A stretch of 64,000 nucleotides of DNA. It comes from Phoronis australis (taxonomy: Eukaryota; Animalia; Phoronida). Made by a program: the position numbers and the translations under genes. The stretch is taken from the NCBI GenBank assembly GCA_002633005.1, contig NMRA01000043.1, forward strand, positions 961,588 to 1,025,587, given 5' to 3'. This document shows positions 12,701-24,524 of this stretch, one piece after another; the stretch's first letter is position 1, and every line of letters starts with the position of its first letter. The notes below the pieces were generated by a model that was not told the origin of the DNA, did not search any database, and worked only from the letters and a program-made list of their open reading frames with translations.

Positions 12701-15700
12701 GCGTACTTGTCAAAGGGATTGTATTGTATCTTTCCCGTACAGATCTTCTCTCTCAACAGGAATCCAAATTTCTTTGTACCCGCCGCGAATTCTGTGAATC
12801 GAAGACTAATAAAAAATTGACTTTTGTTAAAAGCATGTGGCCAGGAAGCACACGCTACAAACATGTACCTGTTATCGAAGACATTAGTCTTTGGGAACTA
12901 TCCATTCATGAAACGGGTAGCATAGCATCTGCAAGAAATAAATATTGGCACTAATTTCCGAAAGTTTCTAATACCGTAAAAAATGTTCGCGTTATTTTAA
13001 GAGGAATTATTTAATTAATCATAATTGGTGTTTTTAAAGTCAAAATAACCCACTGTTAGTGAACACTTCCGCACCCTTACACCTCCGAATCTCGCAAAAA
13101 ATAACTGTTAGACTGTCACGCATCCAGTCACCCGGCGAGTCACCGAGACAATTCTCCAACGTTTTTTAGCAGATGAGGTCAACAAGTGCTAAATAAAACA
13201 CGTTCTGCTTTAAGTTACTGCTTGTGTCGATTTCTTTAGTTACAATACTCATCTAGATCGTTACATTGCGTTTATTCTGTTCAATAAATTCTGATGACAC
13301 GCACGCGCGGTCACTCGCACAATACGCAGACGAACTTCAAAACAAACGTCACGTGACAACAGGTGTTCGTCCAGATTTTTTCGTGTTGCAGGGTACGATT
13401 TAGCGCATATTTGGACTTGATATGTAGTTAATCCCAACTCCACAGGAACTTAAAAATTTTAGGGACGCTATTTTGAAAACTTAAGGAGGACTTCAGGTAA
13501 TTTGTTGGGTTAAAACTGTATTTTCATTCAAGAATTCAAGTTGCTCTATCGACGATCGTGAGGCAGCAACGCATCAATTGGCGAGTTTTCACCCTGGGAT
13601 TTCAACACACTTTTCTGAAAAACGATCATAATCTAACAACGAAGCTTGATAGCAATTGCACCACAAGTCTGTCATAGGTTACAGATACATCACAGAGCAT
13701 AAATGTGAGGAATCCTAGCTTAAGATTTCACCCAGTCGGAGACCGAGTTTCAACCGGCTTAGGCTATAATAAGCGCCCCCCTCCTGAAACGAATTTTTCC
13801 AAGCGCCTAGGGTGAATACGGTATCTGTTTTTCCTTGTTTGCGGAGGAATGTTGTTTACCATTACAATAAGTCAGTCGGCCAATCGAAGTTGCTGAAGTC
13901 ATTTTAAAAACATTCATTCTGCATATTTTCCTGCAAGTTTTCATCCTAATTTTCATCAGTTTTAAATCATAGCAAGCAAAATACCATTGGGACTATTTGC
14001 GTAATATTTAAATTCTTCTTAGAATTACATGTGACGGGAAGTATTGTTGTTCATTTTTTATTTTGTATTGTGACCAGTAATAGCAGTATAAAATGACGGA
14101 ACATTGGCAACAATAACTACCTTTCTCACTGATACTTGATGTCTCTTTATTTCTGTCTGTTCCTTCGTCATCTTGCTTCGTACTTGCAATTACTTTTAAA
14201 ATATGTGCAAATTCACCAATCTTAAAACAATGCTGGATGTATGCAATTTTGGTTCCTTGGTCGCATTTTCGAATCATACTTTGTGTATTAGTTTGTAAAT
14301 TTTACATTTAAAAAAAAACTCAAAGTTTTTGTTTCTAATTTTTGTTTTCCAGGTTGTACCAGACCCAGAGTTTCCCACTGTCAAGTTTCCTAACCCTGAA
14401 GAAGGGAAAAGTGCTTTGGTAGGATGTTCATTACCCATAGTTTACTGATCTCTCATTTACAAGTGAAATTGAGATTTGTTATGAAATGTGTGCACAATTA
14501 ACCAGACTTATATCTGTCAAAATACTGAATGTTTCTTGTTTGTGGGAATTTTTACCTTGTAAGTGTTGGAGCAATATCTTTAATAATAGGAAGCTTTAAA
14601 TTTGATCACATTTTATACTAAGGTATGTGAGAAGCAAGCTTTAGATTTTGTTCATGTTTTCTACCAATGTGTAAGGGAGGCATCCCCAGGTTCAATGATT
14701 TTGATGACCTTGGCGATTTTTCAAAGTCATTTGTGAGACAACAAATTTCTGACATGTTGTTAACACAATATCTTAAGGTGACACTTAAATTTGATGACCT
14801 TGACCTAATTTTCAAGGTCAGTCAGAAATTTATGATTTCGGCACTTATTATTGCGGCATTTCATGAACTTTTAGATCTTATTCATGTTTTCTTCTAAGGT
14901 GTACATGTTTAATCTCAACGTGCTAGTCAAATTAGGTGACCTTGATACCATTTCCAAGGTCAGTGGAATCAAGATCTCTGGGAGATGTTGGAGCTGCATC
15001 ATGTCATGTACTCTAAAGCCAAATTTGTATATTGATCAATTTCAAATAAACTTAAAATCAACTGTTACAATATTCGTCTGGCTTATTTTTCAAAAAGTCA
15101 TCACTACTTAATTATAGCCTTGTTAATTTGTATTTCTCGAGGCAGCGGGGAGAAGTTTAAGACTATGTGACAAATGCTTGTTTGTTTCACACTTGTGTCA
15201 TCAATGGAAAAATTATTAGATTGCTTTTGTTCTTTGTTTGAAGCTTAGCAGCTTTGTCACCTAGAATTTAATGTGCTCTTGACTAAATTTCTAAGAACTC
15301 ACGTATATGCTTCCAGGATCTGTCCATGAAAACGGCCTCTGAGAACAACAGTAGTCTGATCTTAGCCAATGACCCGGATGCTGACCGGCTGGCTGTAGCA
15401 GAAAAAATGACAAAGTATGGTTTGAATTTTGTATGACATTTCATTATGTACTTGATTTTGAATTGTTAACAGCACAGTTTGTTGTCTGAGTCGACTAAAA
15501 CTAGTCTATTTTGTCTGGGCATGTGCATGTGCTTGTTGTGTATTTGTGTGCATTTGAATTGCTCAACAAAGTGGCTGTTGAGTTTGATGAGATCTCAATA
15601 AGTGGTTTAATTTCCTATGAATCCAGTTTGTGGATATTTGTTTTTTTTTTAGTTCAGTTCATGTTATTGTCCAAATGTTGCATTACGAAGTTCTTGTTTT

Positions 15701-18700
15701 CATTGCAGCGGTGAATGGAAAGTGTTTACGGGTAATGAATTGGGTGCCTTGTTTGGTTGGTGGATTTGGAAAGTATTCAAGGAAATGAATCCAGAAGTAG
15801 ATCGTAAGTCAATTGCACAAATTGTAACTACCTTTTGGCACCCTTATGTATGTATAGTGTCGTCATTTCTGTTTTTCTGCCATCTATTACTGTGTCTCAG
15901 AAACCCCTGGATGAATGTTTGAAAAATTGTGCAGGCATGTTCCTACTATGAATTGGATGGCACACGCAAATTTTGGGATGGATTCAACCACTGCGGTGCC
16001 CCCTAGTAGCAATTTCACTTTTTACTGTTTGTCTCTCTATGTCTCTATGTCTCTGTCTAGCTATGAGCTGAGCTATAGTTTGCTTAAGGACAATAGCTGA
16101 GCTTGCAGATATTCATCTGCACTGGTCCTTGGTTTCTTAGTTGATATAATACTTGCCTGGACTATGTATTATACTCTCTCCATGGATAGACCACGAGTCA
16201 TGTTTTCTTTAATCAATGAGGAAGCAGCTCAGGCCAAAACTTACATGCTCACAACTAAACAAGATCAGTTCCATGCTAGCCCTTGTGTTTTAATGTTCAT
16301 TTTTGTCTATTTCAGCATCTAACGTGTACATGCTGTCCAGTACTGTCTCCTCTAAAATTCTCAACACCATGGCTAAGGCAGAAGGATTTAATTTTATCGT
16401 AAGTTCTTCTGGCCCCACTGTTCCCATGTGTTCTTGTTTCACATAACCGAGTGATTGTTAAAGTCACATACAGCACTATCTCTGAAACTGTTGTCATTTG
16501 ATTTGTGTTGTGGGTGGGAACCCTTTGTAGTTTTGTTTGTTTTATTTGGAGAGTTAGCGTGCCTAACTGCACGTAATAACACCATGGACAGAATGTTGTT
16601 TGTTGGGTGCTTCAAAGGGAAGATATTCATCACCAATAACACCATGGGCAGAATGTTGTTTGTTGGGTGCTTCAAAGGGAAGATTAAACACCATGGGCAG
16701 AATATTTTTTGTTGGGTGCTTCAAAGGGAAGATATTCATCACCAATAACACCATGGGCAGAATGTTGTTTGTTGGGTGCTTCAAAGGGAGATATTCATCA
16801 CCAATAACACCATGGTCAGAATATTGTTTGTTGGGTGCTTCAAAGGGAAGATATTCATCACCAATAACACCATGGGCAGAATGTTGTTTGTTGGGTGCTT
16901 CTAAGGAAAGATATTCATCACCAATAACACCATGGACGGAATGTTGTTTGTTGGGTGCTTCAAAGGGAAGATATTTATCAGCAATAACTGGATTTATTTC
17001 AGTTTGAATTATTTGTGACTTTAGCTTGTTGACCTCATTGGCACTGCTTAGGTCTTTAAGTGCATGAGATGGCAAACAGAGACCTTATTGGCACTGCTTA
17101 GGTCTTTAAGTGCATGAGATGGCAAAGAGCAATATGATTTGCAGAAAAAGAGTTAAGTGTGTTTGAATTTAATGCACGTGTCCTTTATCATTACTTAAAG
17201 GTTGTTTGCTATCTACAGGAAACTCTTACTGGGTTCAAATGGATGGGAAATGAGGCTTCTAAATTAATGGAACAAGGAAAGACTGTTCTGTTTGCTTTTG
17301 AGGAAGCTATTGGTAATGTGACTTGAATTTGTTGATTCAACTGAAACATGCTGCATGCTTCCAGGGGTATGTTTCATGAAAGTGGATTCAGATAAACATT
17401 TATTCTTACTCTCCCACTTCACAATTTGCTGAGTAAATGTTTTGCAAGTAATTTTGAGCGCATGACAGTTTAGAAATTATTGAAATTTGGTCAGTAATTA
17501 GCAGTTACCATTATAGCCTCAGAGACTTAGGGTTTTTGCTCAAGTGAGATTTATTATTTATTTTTCAGAAATAGTTATGTGAAGCATGGGACCAAATTTC
17601 TCTCTAAAGTCTTAAGTCACTTTTGTGAATGGCTCCCAAGTGTTTTTTGGGTTGTTTTAGGAACATTTCAAACATCTCGTCGGGGAGAATTTAAGGGTCC
17701 CAAATCGTAGACTTGGATAGTTACAAAAGTGTTATTGTGATGTTTTAAAAGGCAATAAATAATTCATCTGAAAAATAAGAAATTCTAGTGTCTTAAATGA
17801 AAAGAAATTGAGTATTACTGAAAGAACTATGGTAACATGCAACAACAGAGATTTGTTCTCACTCAGCGTGTACAGGTTTTTTAATAGCCAAAGCTTTACG
17901 TAAGAAACTATGGTGTTCACTTTGTTATGAGTAGCGACCAGAATTATGGAACTGTCACATAGGTGATTGTCTGCTTAGTAGGCTTGCAGTTAATATTGCA
18001 TGAATATTGACTTGTTATCTGGCTTTTTGAAATACTTCTAAGTTGTGAAATGATCTCTATACATTGTATATGTATACACATGCTGATGGTGCTGCTTTGG
18101 TTGACTGATGTCCCACAATCTATAGTAAGTGTGTGACATCTTACGCTATCCAAAATGTGGTCAGTGGTCATTTTTGCAAAAGCTACTGCACCGCACAGCA
18201 AAGTTACCATAAGCCTCTCACTGTAATGATGGTTAAGACCTGGGAAAATGGTAAATGGTCTTATGTAACATGCACGAATTTTGAGAACCAGTTTTTTCCA
18301 TTGAATAATGGGCATCAAATTGGTTCTCAAAATACGGGCACGTTATATCAGACTGTTGCCGGGAAAAACGTTCTCAGGAAGTAAAGGAGATGTAGACTAA
18401 GTGCTCGTCAGATTCCATCCTTTCATTTGTAGTTCTGGTTGTTTTAGGGTTCATGTGTGGCTCTGCTGTCCTTGATAAAGATGGTGTATCAGCGTGTGCT
18501 GTCATTGCAGAATCAGCGGCCTTTCTGCACCAACAAGGCCTTACACTGAACCAACAACTTCAACAGATATACACACAGTAGGCATTACACTTCTCATGTC
18601 CGTTCATTACACATCTCTGTTCACTCCAGCAGCTCAACTTGGATTCTAAATTTGTCAAGAAATTCCAGTTTCTTTAGTTTGATGTGTTGCAGCTTGGACA

Positions 18701-21700
18701 ACTAGTCAGTCTGTAAAAGTAACTATTTATTTGTATCTTTATATTGAGCAATACCGCAATGTGAGCTGAAGTCAACATTATACAAAAATGAACCAATCCC
18801 AAGGCTGATGGTTATATGGACCTAGTGAGCGTGATTCTGCCCAAGGCTAACTGCTAATGGCAATGTATGTCTCCCTATGTCCATATGATCTGATACGCCC
18901 TAGCCATCTGTCTGTATTCATTTCTCAACATAACCACTAATGCTTCTTTCCTGTGATTTTTTGTCTCATCAGATTAGCTTGTTTTTACCTACTTTTATGT
19001 ACTGACGTCATCTACTCCCTTCTTGGTCAAGGTTTATGACTTCTACAGTGTCTGATTGGTCAGATCACTAAATAGAAATCTGATGTCCACAAAAAAGCTC
19101 TATTCCACACTAATGTATTCAATATTACGCTATGTTGAAAGTTTTCTTACCGTGTGTCAGCCAATCAGAGGACAGCAGTATCAGTGGTCATGTAATAATA
19201 AGATTAACTGCATTATCAAAAGTTCAGGAAAAATGAAGGTTTAGCAAACTATCATTTTTCAAAAAAAAATCTGTGGCGTATACAAAAAACACTATCTTTT
19301 ATGTGTTTGTTGAATTCGTCCAATTTTGTATGAGTGGACATCTTGCATTAATCAAGGGATAATAGGCTTAGTAATTATGGATATTTGTTTATGTATTGGT
19401 TCATAACGATGTTTGTGAGAACTAACTAAATTAACTTCCCTTCTGTACATTGAAAAATAGGAAATAGAAAGTAGAATTTATCATTCATTGCGAAAATAAA
19501 CCCAATTGTGTCTTGGGCAGGAACAAAATGAGAGAAAACTGGACATTGCTTAACTGCAGGTAGTTTCTTAAAATGGATGTAACGAATGAGTGTTGGAAAC
19601 TGTCCCACATTTTATTTGTCTATCAAAAATTTCTGCATGTCAGACATCAGTGTTGTTTGGTTTGAAGAATTGATAGCTCTGACTAATATATTCTTTTAGA
19701 TACCAGCATAATTTGCAATTGCATGCTTAAACACCAAGACTGTCATTCAAATGTATCGATGCCACATTCTAGAGAAAATGTCCGAGGTATTCACTAGACA
19801 TCTCATCTGTTTATTATCTATTCAGACATTGACACCAGTATCGAACTATAATCCCTCAGTCAGTGTTTTCGTAGAGTTAGGGTCACAGCATGTTATATTT
19901 TGTATTGCCCTTGAATAAAACTTATTAATGTACACAATGATATCTTTCCAGGTATGGACACCATATTTCTCGCACCTCTTACTTTTTCTCGCACCACAAG
20001 CCATCAACTAACAGTATGTTTGACAGTCTCAGGAACCAAAACGGACAGAATGTGGTAATTTTTAGCCTCTTTTTCGTATGTTGTGCAATATGTAGGGTGT
20101 ATGACACTATAGATATGGTAAGTTGTACTTATGTACATTGTACAACACCAAGGATATTTATATGATGTACTATATGCGCATCATACAACACTGGATAGTG
20201 TATGTTGCTTTATAATTATGAACATTGTACAGCACTATAAATATTGTATGTTGTGTCATATGTTCATTATATAGCACTATGAATATTCCTGTTTCACTGT
20301 ATAATGAAAATAGATATAGTAAATATATGGACGCTGAGGTTGGCCAGTAATGAAATCTATCAAATAAACAGAAAAATCAGGAACCCCAACAGGGAATCGA
20401 ACCACAGGTCTCTAGATTGCCGGTCTAGTGCTCTCACCACCGAGCAATTAAATTGCAGATATCGTGTCCTCAGTAGCTCAGTGGTGAGAGCACTAGACCG
20501 GCAATCTAGAGACCTTTGGTTCGATTCCCAGTTGGGGTTCCTGATTTTTCTGTGTTTATTTGATATATGAAAATAGATGACTGATTTCTTTTGGATAGTA
20601 AAAACCGCAACCCATCTCGACAAACTCAACTTCCCAGCAGTCTACTGCAAATTGCTGCACTACTTTACCCAGTAGGGAGTCTTTCATTTAGTACTTCAAC
20701 CACTGGGGGACATTTCGTGGTGAAACAAGGTCTTGTGATGTGCTAGATCACCAAAATACATACATTTTAATTTTTTAATGATGTTCCTTCGCCAGACATT
20801 TCCCACGTGTTCTACTTTTTTAATGTTCATTATGGAAAATATAATGTACAATAACAGGGTTTATGCCCAGAAAGTGTTAGAAATCATTACTTCTGGGTGT
20901 ACCCATTTCTGAAAGTAAAATTTCTTGGCAAGTGCTACAAAATGAGTCAAGTACTTACTGCATTGTTGTGCAAGTTTCTTTTATTGCCAGAACAATGACT
21001 GTTGCTGTTGTTTCAGCGTGTGACAGCCTGTGGACCTTATCAAATAGTAAAAACCAGGGATTTGACAACTGGTTATGATGACAATCAGCTGGACAAGCAA
21101 GCAGTAAGTTAAAGCTATAGGACTCATTCTCATGTAGTAGTTCTTTTGACCTACTTTGTGTTACAATACAGTAGAGTATCAAGTGGAAAACTTTCTTGAA
21201 TGTTTAGTGTAACCAAAGTTTGTTGTAACCAAATCAATTTATGATGGCACCGTTGGCTTGGGACTTGTAGAATGGAACGTTATAAGCAAGCAGTCATTAT
21301 AAACTAGGTTTTTTGTTACCTGGTGCGACTATGTTCATTTGTTATTTGTAATGCACTTCCTCGTTACAGTAGCTATAAATCTGTGTTCCGTCCAAGAAGC
21401 AAACGTTTGACAACTTATTATAAAGCTGGTCTCAAATTGTTCTTTGCTCAGATGAAAAACGATATCTAGATTTGCAAAGAACTGACAATAACTTGAGATC
21501 ATGCTCTGTACATATATGACTTGTCATAACAAGCCAAGTTAATGAACAATAACAAACCTGTTAGTTCTTTTGAAGCCTTGAAATAACCTCCAATTTGCTA
21601 ATATTTTAGTTAAAACCAATCTTATATCATGGAGTGGTTTCATTAAAAAGTTGCTTTTTGTGATGAGGGGCAGGTTTTAGCCACTTTAATCTGATATTTC

Positions 21701-22645
21701 ATACATAGAGATAGTTGTGAGACTTGTCATTATAGGTGCTTCCAGTGAGTAAAAGTAGCAATATGATCACCTTCTGGTTTGAGAATGGCTGTGTGATTAC
21801 CATGAGAGACAGTGGAACGGAGCCTAAAATCAAGTACTACATGGAATTATGCTCACTACCAGGGTATGTTTAAGGTCCAGCAAGGATTTCACAGATTTAA
21901 TTGTTGTTTTTTATGAACTTTTGTTAAAGATATGACAATAACTTCCTGTTTTCAAACCTATTAGATGCATTCTGGTCTACTTGGTGGCCATGAGTTTTGT
22001 GTTTTGCCGTCAACCTTTTTAACTGCCAAATTGCTCAGAGGATCATTAAGAAATTGGCAGATGTTTTTGTACTGCAAACTGACGTTGATTTTAGAACATG
22101 TTCGGTAAATGTGATGCCCCCTATTTGCAAGTTTTTTTTGCCTCTACAGGTGTACCTCCCTTGTAGGATCTTTGTGAAATATGAGAAGTGTATTCCTTCT
22201 ATGAACGTGGCAACAGATGACAACTTTAGGATACAATTACACCTGTGCCTTGTAGTGGCTCTTCTAATTTTTTATGTTTGGCTGTGTATTTTCGGAGTTC
22301 CTGGGCGGATTTTTATGAAATTTGACAAAGAGGTTTCTTTTAGGAGACAACGAGGCCTTCCCATTTCCAGGCGGGTTTGACATATCCTGTCATGTGGTGG
22401 TCGTTTTTGATACTGATAAAACCCTCATAAGCATACCATTTACAGTGCAGTCATGTGTGCATTTCAGTGCTTCACATTACTTGTGTAAAAATTTACATTT
22501 TAGAGGAATAGTGGTAACTATGCTTTTATGCTGCTTTTGTAGGTCATCACTTCAGGAAGCTATACAGGAAGTGAAAGAAATGGAAGAGAATCTTGTGAGA
22601 CACTTCTTCCAGCCAGAGAAGTATAATTTCATTGCAAGAACCTGA
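761..22645 (+). CDS. PGM2: Phosphoglucomutase-2 / phosphopentomutase (PGM2/PGM2L1 family, alpha-D-phosphohexomutase), 18 coding exons, ~598 aa
   Basis: Exons: 761-826, 3395-3494, 4193-4349, 5096-5180, 8093-8176, 10125-10148, 10511-10680, 11083-11206, 14353-14418, 15317-15414, 15709-15803, 16316-16398, 17219-17312, 18448-18577, 19952-20054, 21017-21103, 21736-21863, 22543-22645; total 1797 nt with consistent phases. Motifs: [22 protein letters not shown], catalytic [26 protein letters not shown], metal loop [45 protein letters not shown]. Intron 1 requires a GC donor. Confidence 0.95.
1170..1645. other. Assembly gap (N run) in PGM2 intron 1
   Basis: Run of N. Confidence 1.
5265..5534. repeat. 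54-bp tandem repeat, 5 copies, built from the left end of a TIR element plus flank
   Basis: Unit TGGGCCAGTTAAGTTAATCTTGGGCCTTAATAAACAACATCAACTCTAAGTCAA. Confidence 0.95.
5489..6082. mobile_element. Non-autonomous TIR DNA transposon flanked by TTAA (Kolobok-like)
   Basis: TTAA at 5489-5492 and 6079-6082. Long imperfect inverted repeats (...CCTTAATAAAC..ACTCTAAGTCAAATATCGAAAAAACTA...TTCTGAAAGGAGAAA versus its reverse complement). Termini are not the CCC/GGG of piggyBac. Confidence 0.7.
5625..7092. repeat. ~730-bp direct duplication (5625-6362 and 6364-7092) joined by a single N; likely assembly artefact
   Basis: Near-identical copies with N at 6363. Confidence 0.9.
7205..7937 (-). mobile_element. 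Solo LTR of an LTR retrotransposon with a 5-bp target-site duplication
   Basis: TGTCA...TGACA termini and perfect GATTG direct repeats at 7200-7204 and 7938-7942. The minus strand has TATAAAG (7473-7467) followed by AATAAA (7312-7307). Confidence 0.85.
7615..7815. promoter_or_regulatory. Cluster of heat-shock-element (nGAAn) arrays inside the solo LTR
   Basis: TTCTAGAAC (7615), TTCCAGAACTTTCCGGAA (7644-7661), CTCTAGAATATTC (7694-7706), TTCTAGAAAATTC (7739-7751), TTCTAGAAAGTTC (7803-7815). Confidence 0.7.
8200..8630. repeat. 39-bp minisatellite, ~11 degenerate copies, directly after PGM2 exon 5
   Basis: Consensus GTGGTTGGGTATACTGTGGGTGAAACCAGTCAATACAAA. Confidence 0.92.
8943..9181. repeat. 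30-bp minisatellite, ~8 copies
   Basis: Unit AATGTCTGTTATTAGAGTATCATATAGCAC. Confidence 0.95.
11611..12104. mobile_element. hAT-like MITE
   Basis: Ends TAGGGCTTGGAAT ... ATTCCAAGCCCAG, repeated subterminal TTCCGCG motifs, ATAATT on both sides (imperfect TSD). Confidence 0.65.
12321..13821. mobile_element. Tc1/mariner-superfamily (Tc2/pogo-like) TIR element with TA target duplication, carrying a decayed HIRAN-like ORF
   Basis: TA|CCATATTCACCCTA ... TAGGGTGAATACGG|TA, with subterminal ATAAGCGCCC repeats at both ends. Confidence 0.8.
12510..12800 (-). pseudogene. Frameshifted HIRAN-like domain remnant inside the TIR element
   Basis: Across two frameshifts: [17 protein letters not shown] / [28 protein letters not shown] / [35 protein letters not shown]. 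Fits the HIRAN pattern N.xD..A..V....GHxP. Confidence 0.65.
16575..16988. repeat. 60-bp minisatellite, ~7 copies
   Basis: Unit AATAACACCATGGGCAGAATGTTGTTTGTTGGGTGCTTCAAAGGGAAGATATTCATCACC. Confidence 0.95.
20085..20290. repeat. Degenerate ~43-bp tandem repeat after PGM2 exon 15
   Basis: Recurring TATGTTGT..TATG.ACATTGTACA.CACTA. Confidence 0.6.
20358..20565. mobile_element. Palindromic element of two divergent tRNA-derived units (SINE-like)
   Basis: Arms ~20358-20446 and ~20473-20565 are reverse complements. Each has an A box, a CTAGA-CCGGCAA-TCTAG anticodon arm and a B box GGTTCGATTCC. Confidence 0.75.
20467..20539 (+). tRNA. tRNA-like sequence with GGC (Ala) anticodon; probably repeat-derived pseudo-tRNA
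   Basis: D arm GCTC-AGTGGTGA-GAGC, anticodon arm CTAGA-CCGGCAA-TCTAG, T loop TTCGATT; T and acceptor stems mismatched. Confidence 0.4.
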
Positions 22646-22820
22646 AGCTGTGACAGTGTTAAAATATAATATATACAAATGTCTCAAGTGTTTAAGTGCC
22701 AGAGTTGATTAGATATGTTCTATTTCTATGCATTTTACAAACTGTTAATCATTTCCAATGAATTGGTGTGGCTTATAGACATTTGTTTGGATTGCTTAAA
22801 TGTAAGGTATGTGACTTGGT

Positions 22821-22826
22821 AATAAA
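22821..22826 (+). terminator. Candidate PGM2 polyadenylation signal
   Basis: AATAAA ~175 nt after the stop; another at 22973. Confidence 0.45.
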
Positions 22827-24524
22827 CTAGTACTTAAGTGGCATTTCTTTGTGTGAATTTTCAGGGACATTTTTGAGACATCCTATATTTTGACTTGCCT
22901 TGGTCATCTAATGTACGTTTATTAGTCAAACAAGTACCTGTCTTACAAAAAACAATTTTGGTGTTGCTAAGAAATAAATGTGGAGTACGAAAAGAGTAAG
23001 TAAAAGAAACGAAACGGAGCACTTAGTCAACAGGCAAGTGTGCAAGAAAAGTCATGATGGCAGATTGAACTAAGATTTTACTCAAATTCTTGGGCTCCAG
23101 AAATATTCCTATAAGTAATTTAAGCATTGTAGTATTTCAATTGGAGGTGAGATTTCGAAATGAGAATTGACCAATTTTGAGATCGGGCTCAATACGTTAA
23201 TTTGTCATGGCAGGTCTGTTTATGTGTTGAGCATCGTTTCAAGAACTAACAAACTGTCTGTTCTTCCTTGGACCAGAAATCACCGGAGCAAGATTCAAGT
23301 TGATATACCAAACATTTAGCAGCGCATGGTCTAAATCAAATGATGGATTCCTCCATAGCCTAGTACAACTTTTGGTGACATACCCATTATCTGCCAAACA
23401 TGCCTATTGGAGAGTTGGGTACTTACCGTTTTTGACTGAATGTATCCTAAACTTCATGGGAGGTAATAAGTTTTTTAAACTGAAAAGGACAGTATGACAC
23501 CACAGAACAGCAGTTTTACCAAAGTTCAAATGAAAATATTTTTGCCAATTTCATAAAATTTCTGTGTCCTGTCAAATTGGAGAGTTCTACTGAAATTCAA
23601 AAACACTTGATTCAGGATCCAAGTTTGATATGTCAGACAAGGCATGTATTTCAATGAAACTCCATTTCAACTTGTTTGTTAATTGTAAGCAAATAGTACC
23701 TGTTCTACTCAAAGCCCAACCAACACCACAGGCAACTGCATTTTGTCTCTATGCTCGTCTTGAAAAAGAAATATGAAAATATAAACTATAACACTGAAAA
23801 CATTTATCCTTTTTCCCCCGAGGAAATTTTTATGCATCAGGATGTGGGTTATTTATTTTAAGTTTTTATTCAAATTTCCACATTTTCACCAAAAACCATT
23901 TCAAGGTCTGCTACATAAGGTAGAATTGGAAACAAAGGTGGGTGTGTATGTAAACCAGGCTTCATGTAACTTGTCAATGAAAGAATTAATGGACCAAGGC
24001 AAGTGAAAAACATATTTAAAGTGGCTACAAAGTGTTTTTTACAGTTTTGAAGGCACTCGTGTAAAATTATAGCCATGGATTGTAATTACAAACGAGCACT
24101 AGTAATCATATAACATTTAGTAATATAGTTTTCAGTGGTAATAACTTTTCTCCACTGCCTCGTGTATATATCCATATTACAATCTGGTCATTATTGCTAG
24201 ATATACGAGGCAGTTATAACCTGGATAGAACAGCGAATTTTATGAGACAATTATAACTAGGATACTAAACTGCTAGTTATATGGAGATAATTTAATCTGT
24301 TTACTACATAAATAGTCACAGGAGGCAATTATAAGCGACTATTAATTTGCCAGTTATAGGCAACTAATATTGGCAAAATTACTGTGCTAAGGCACCAGCG
24401 CGTACTGTAAACTTTCCACCTTTAACAATAAACTTGCATCGTTGTTACAAAAATGCATTCAAATTGGAACACCGAGGGCTTAAGTCTTCCATTTACCAGT
24501 GGTCACTCTTCCATTTACCAGTGG

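Noticed and set aside
16575-16988. CRISPR-like appearance of regular repeats (also 5265-5534, 56459-56665)
   Set aside because: Units are head-to-tail with no unique spacers, there are no cas genes, and the context is eukaryotic introns.
20467-20539. Functional tRNA-Ala(GGC) gene
   Set aside because: Mismatched acceptor and T stems, C rather than U before the anticodon, an anticodon atypical for eukaryotes, and part of an inverted repeat; kept only as tRNA-like.
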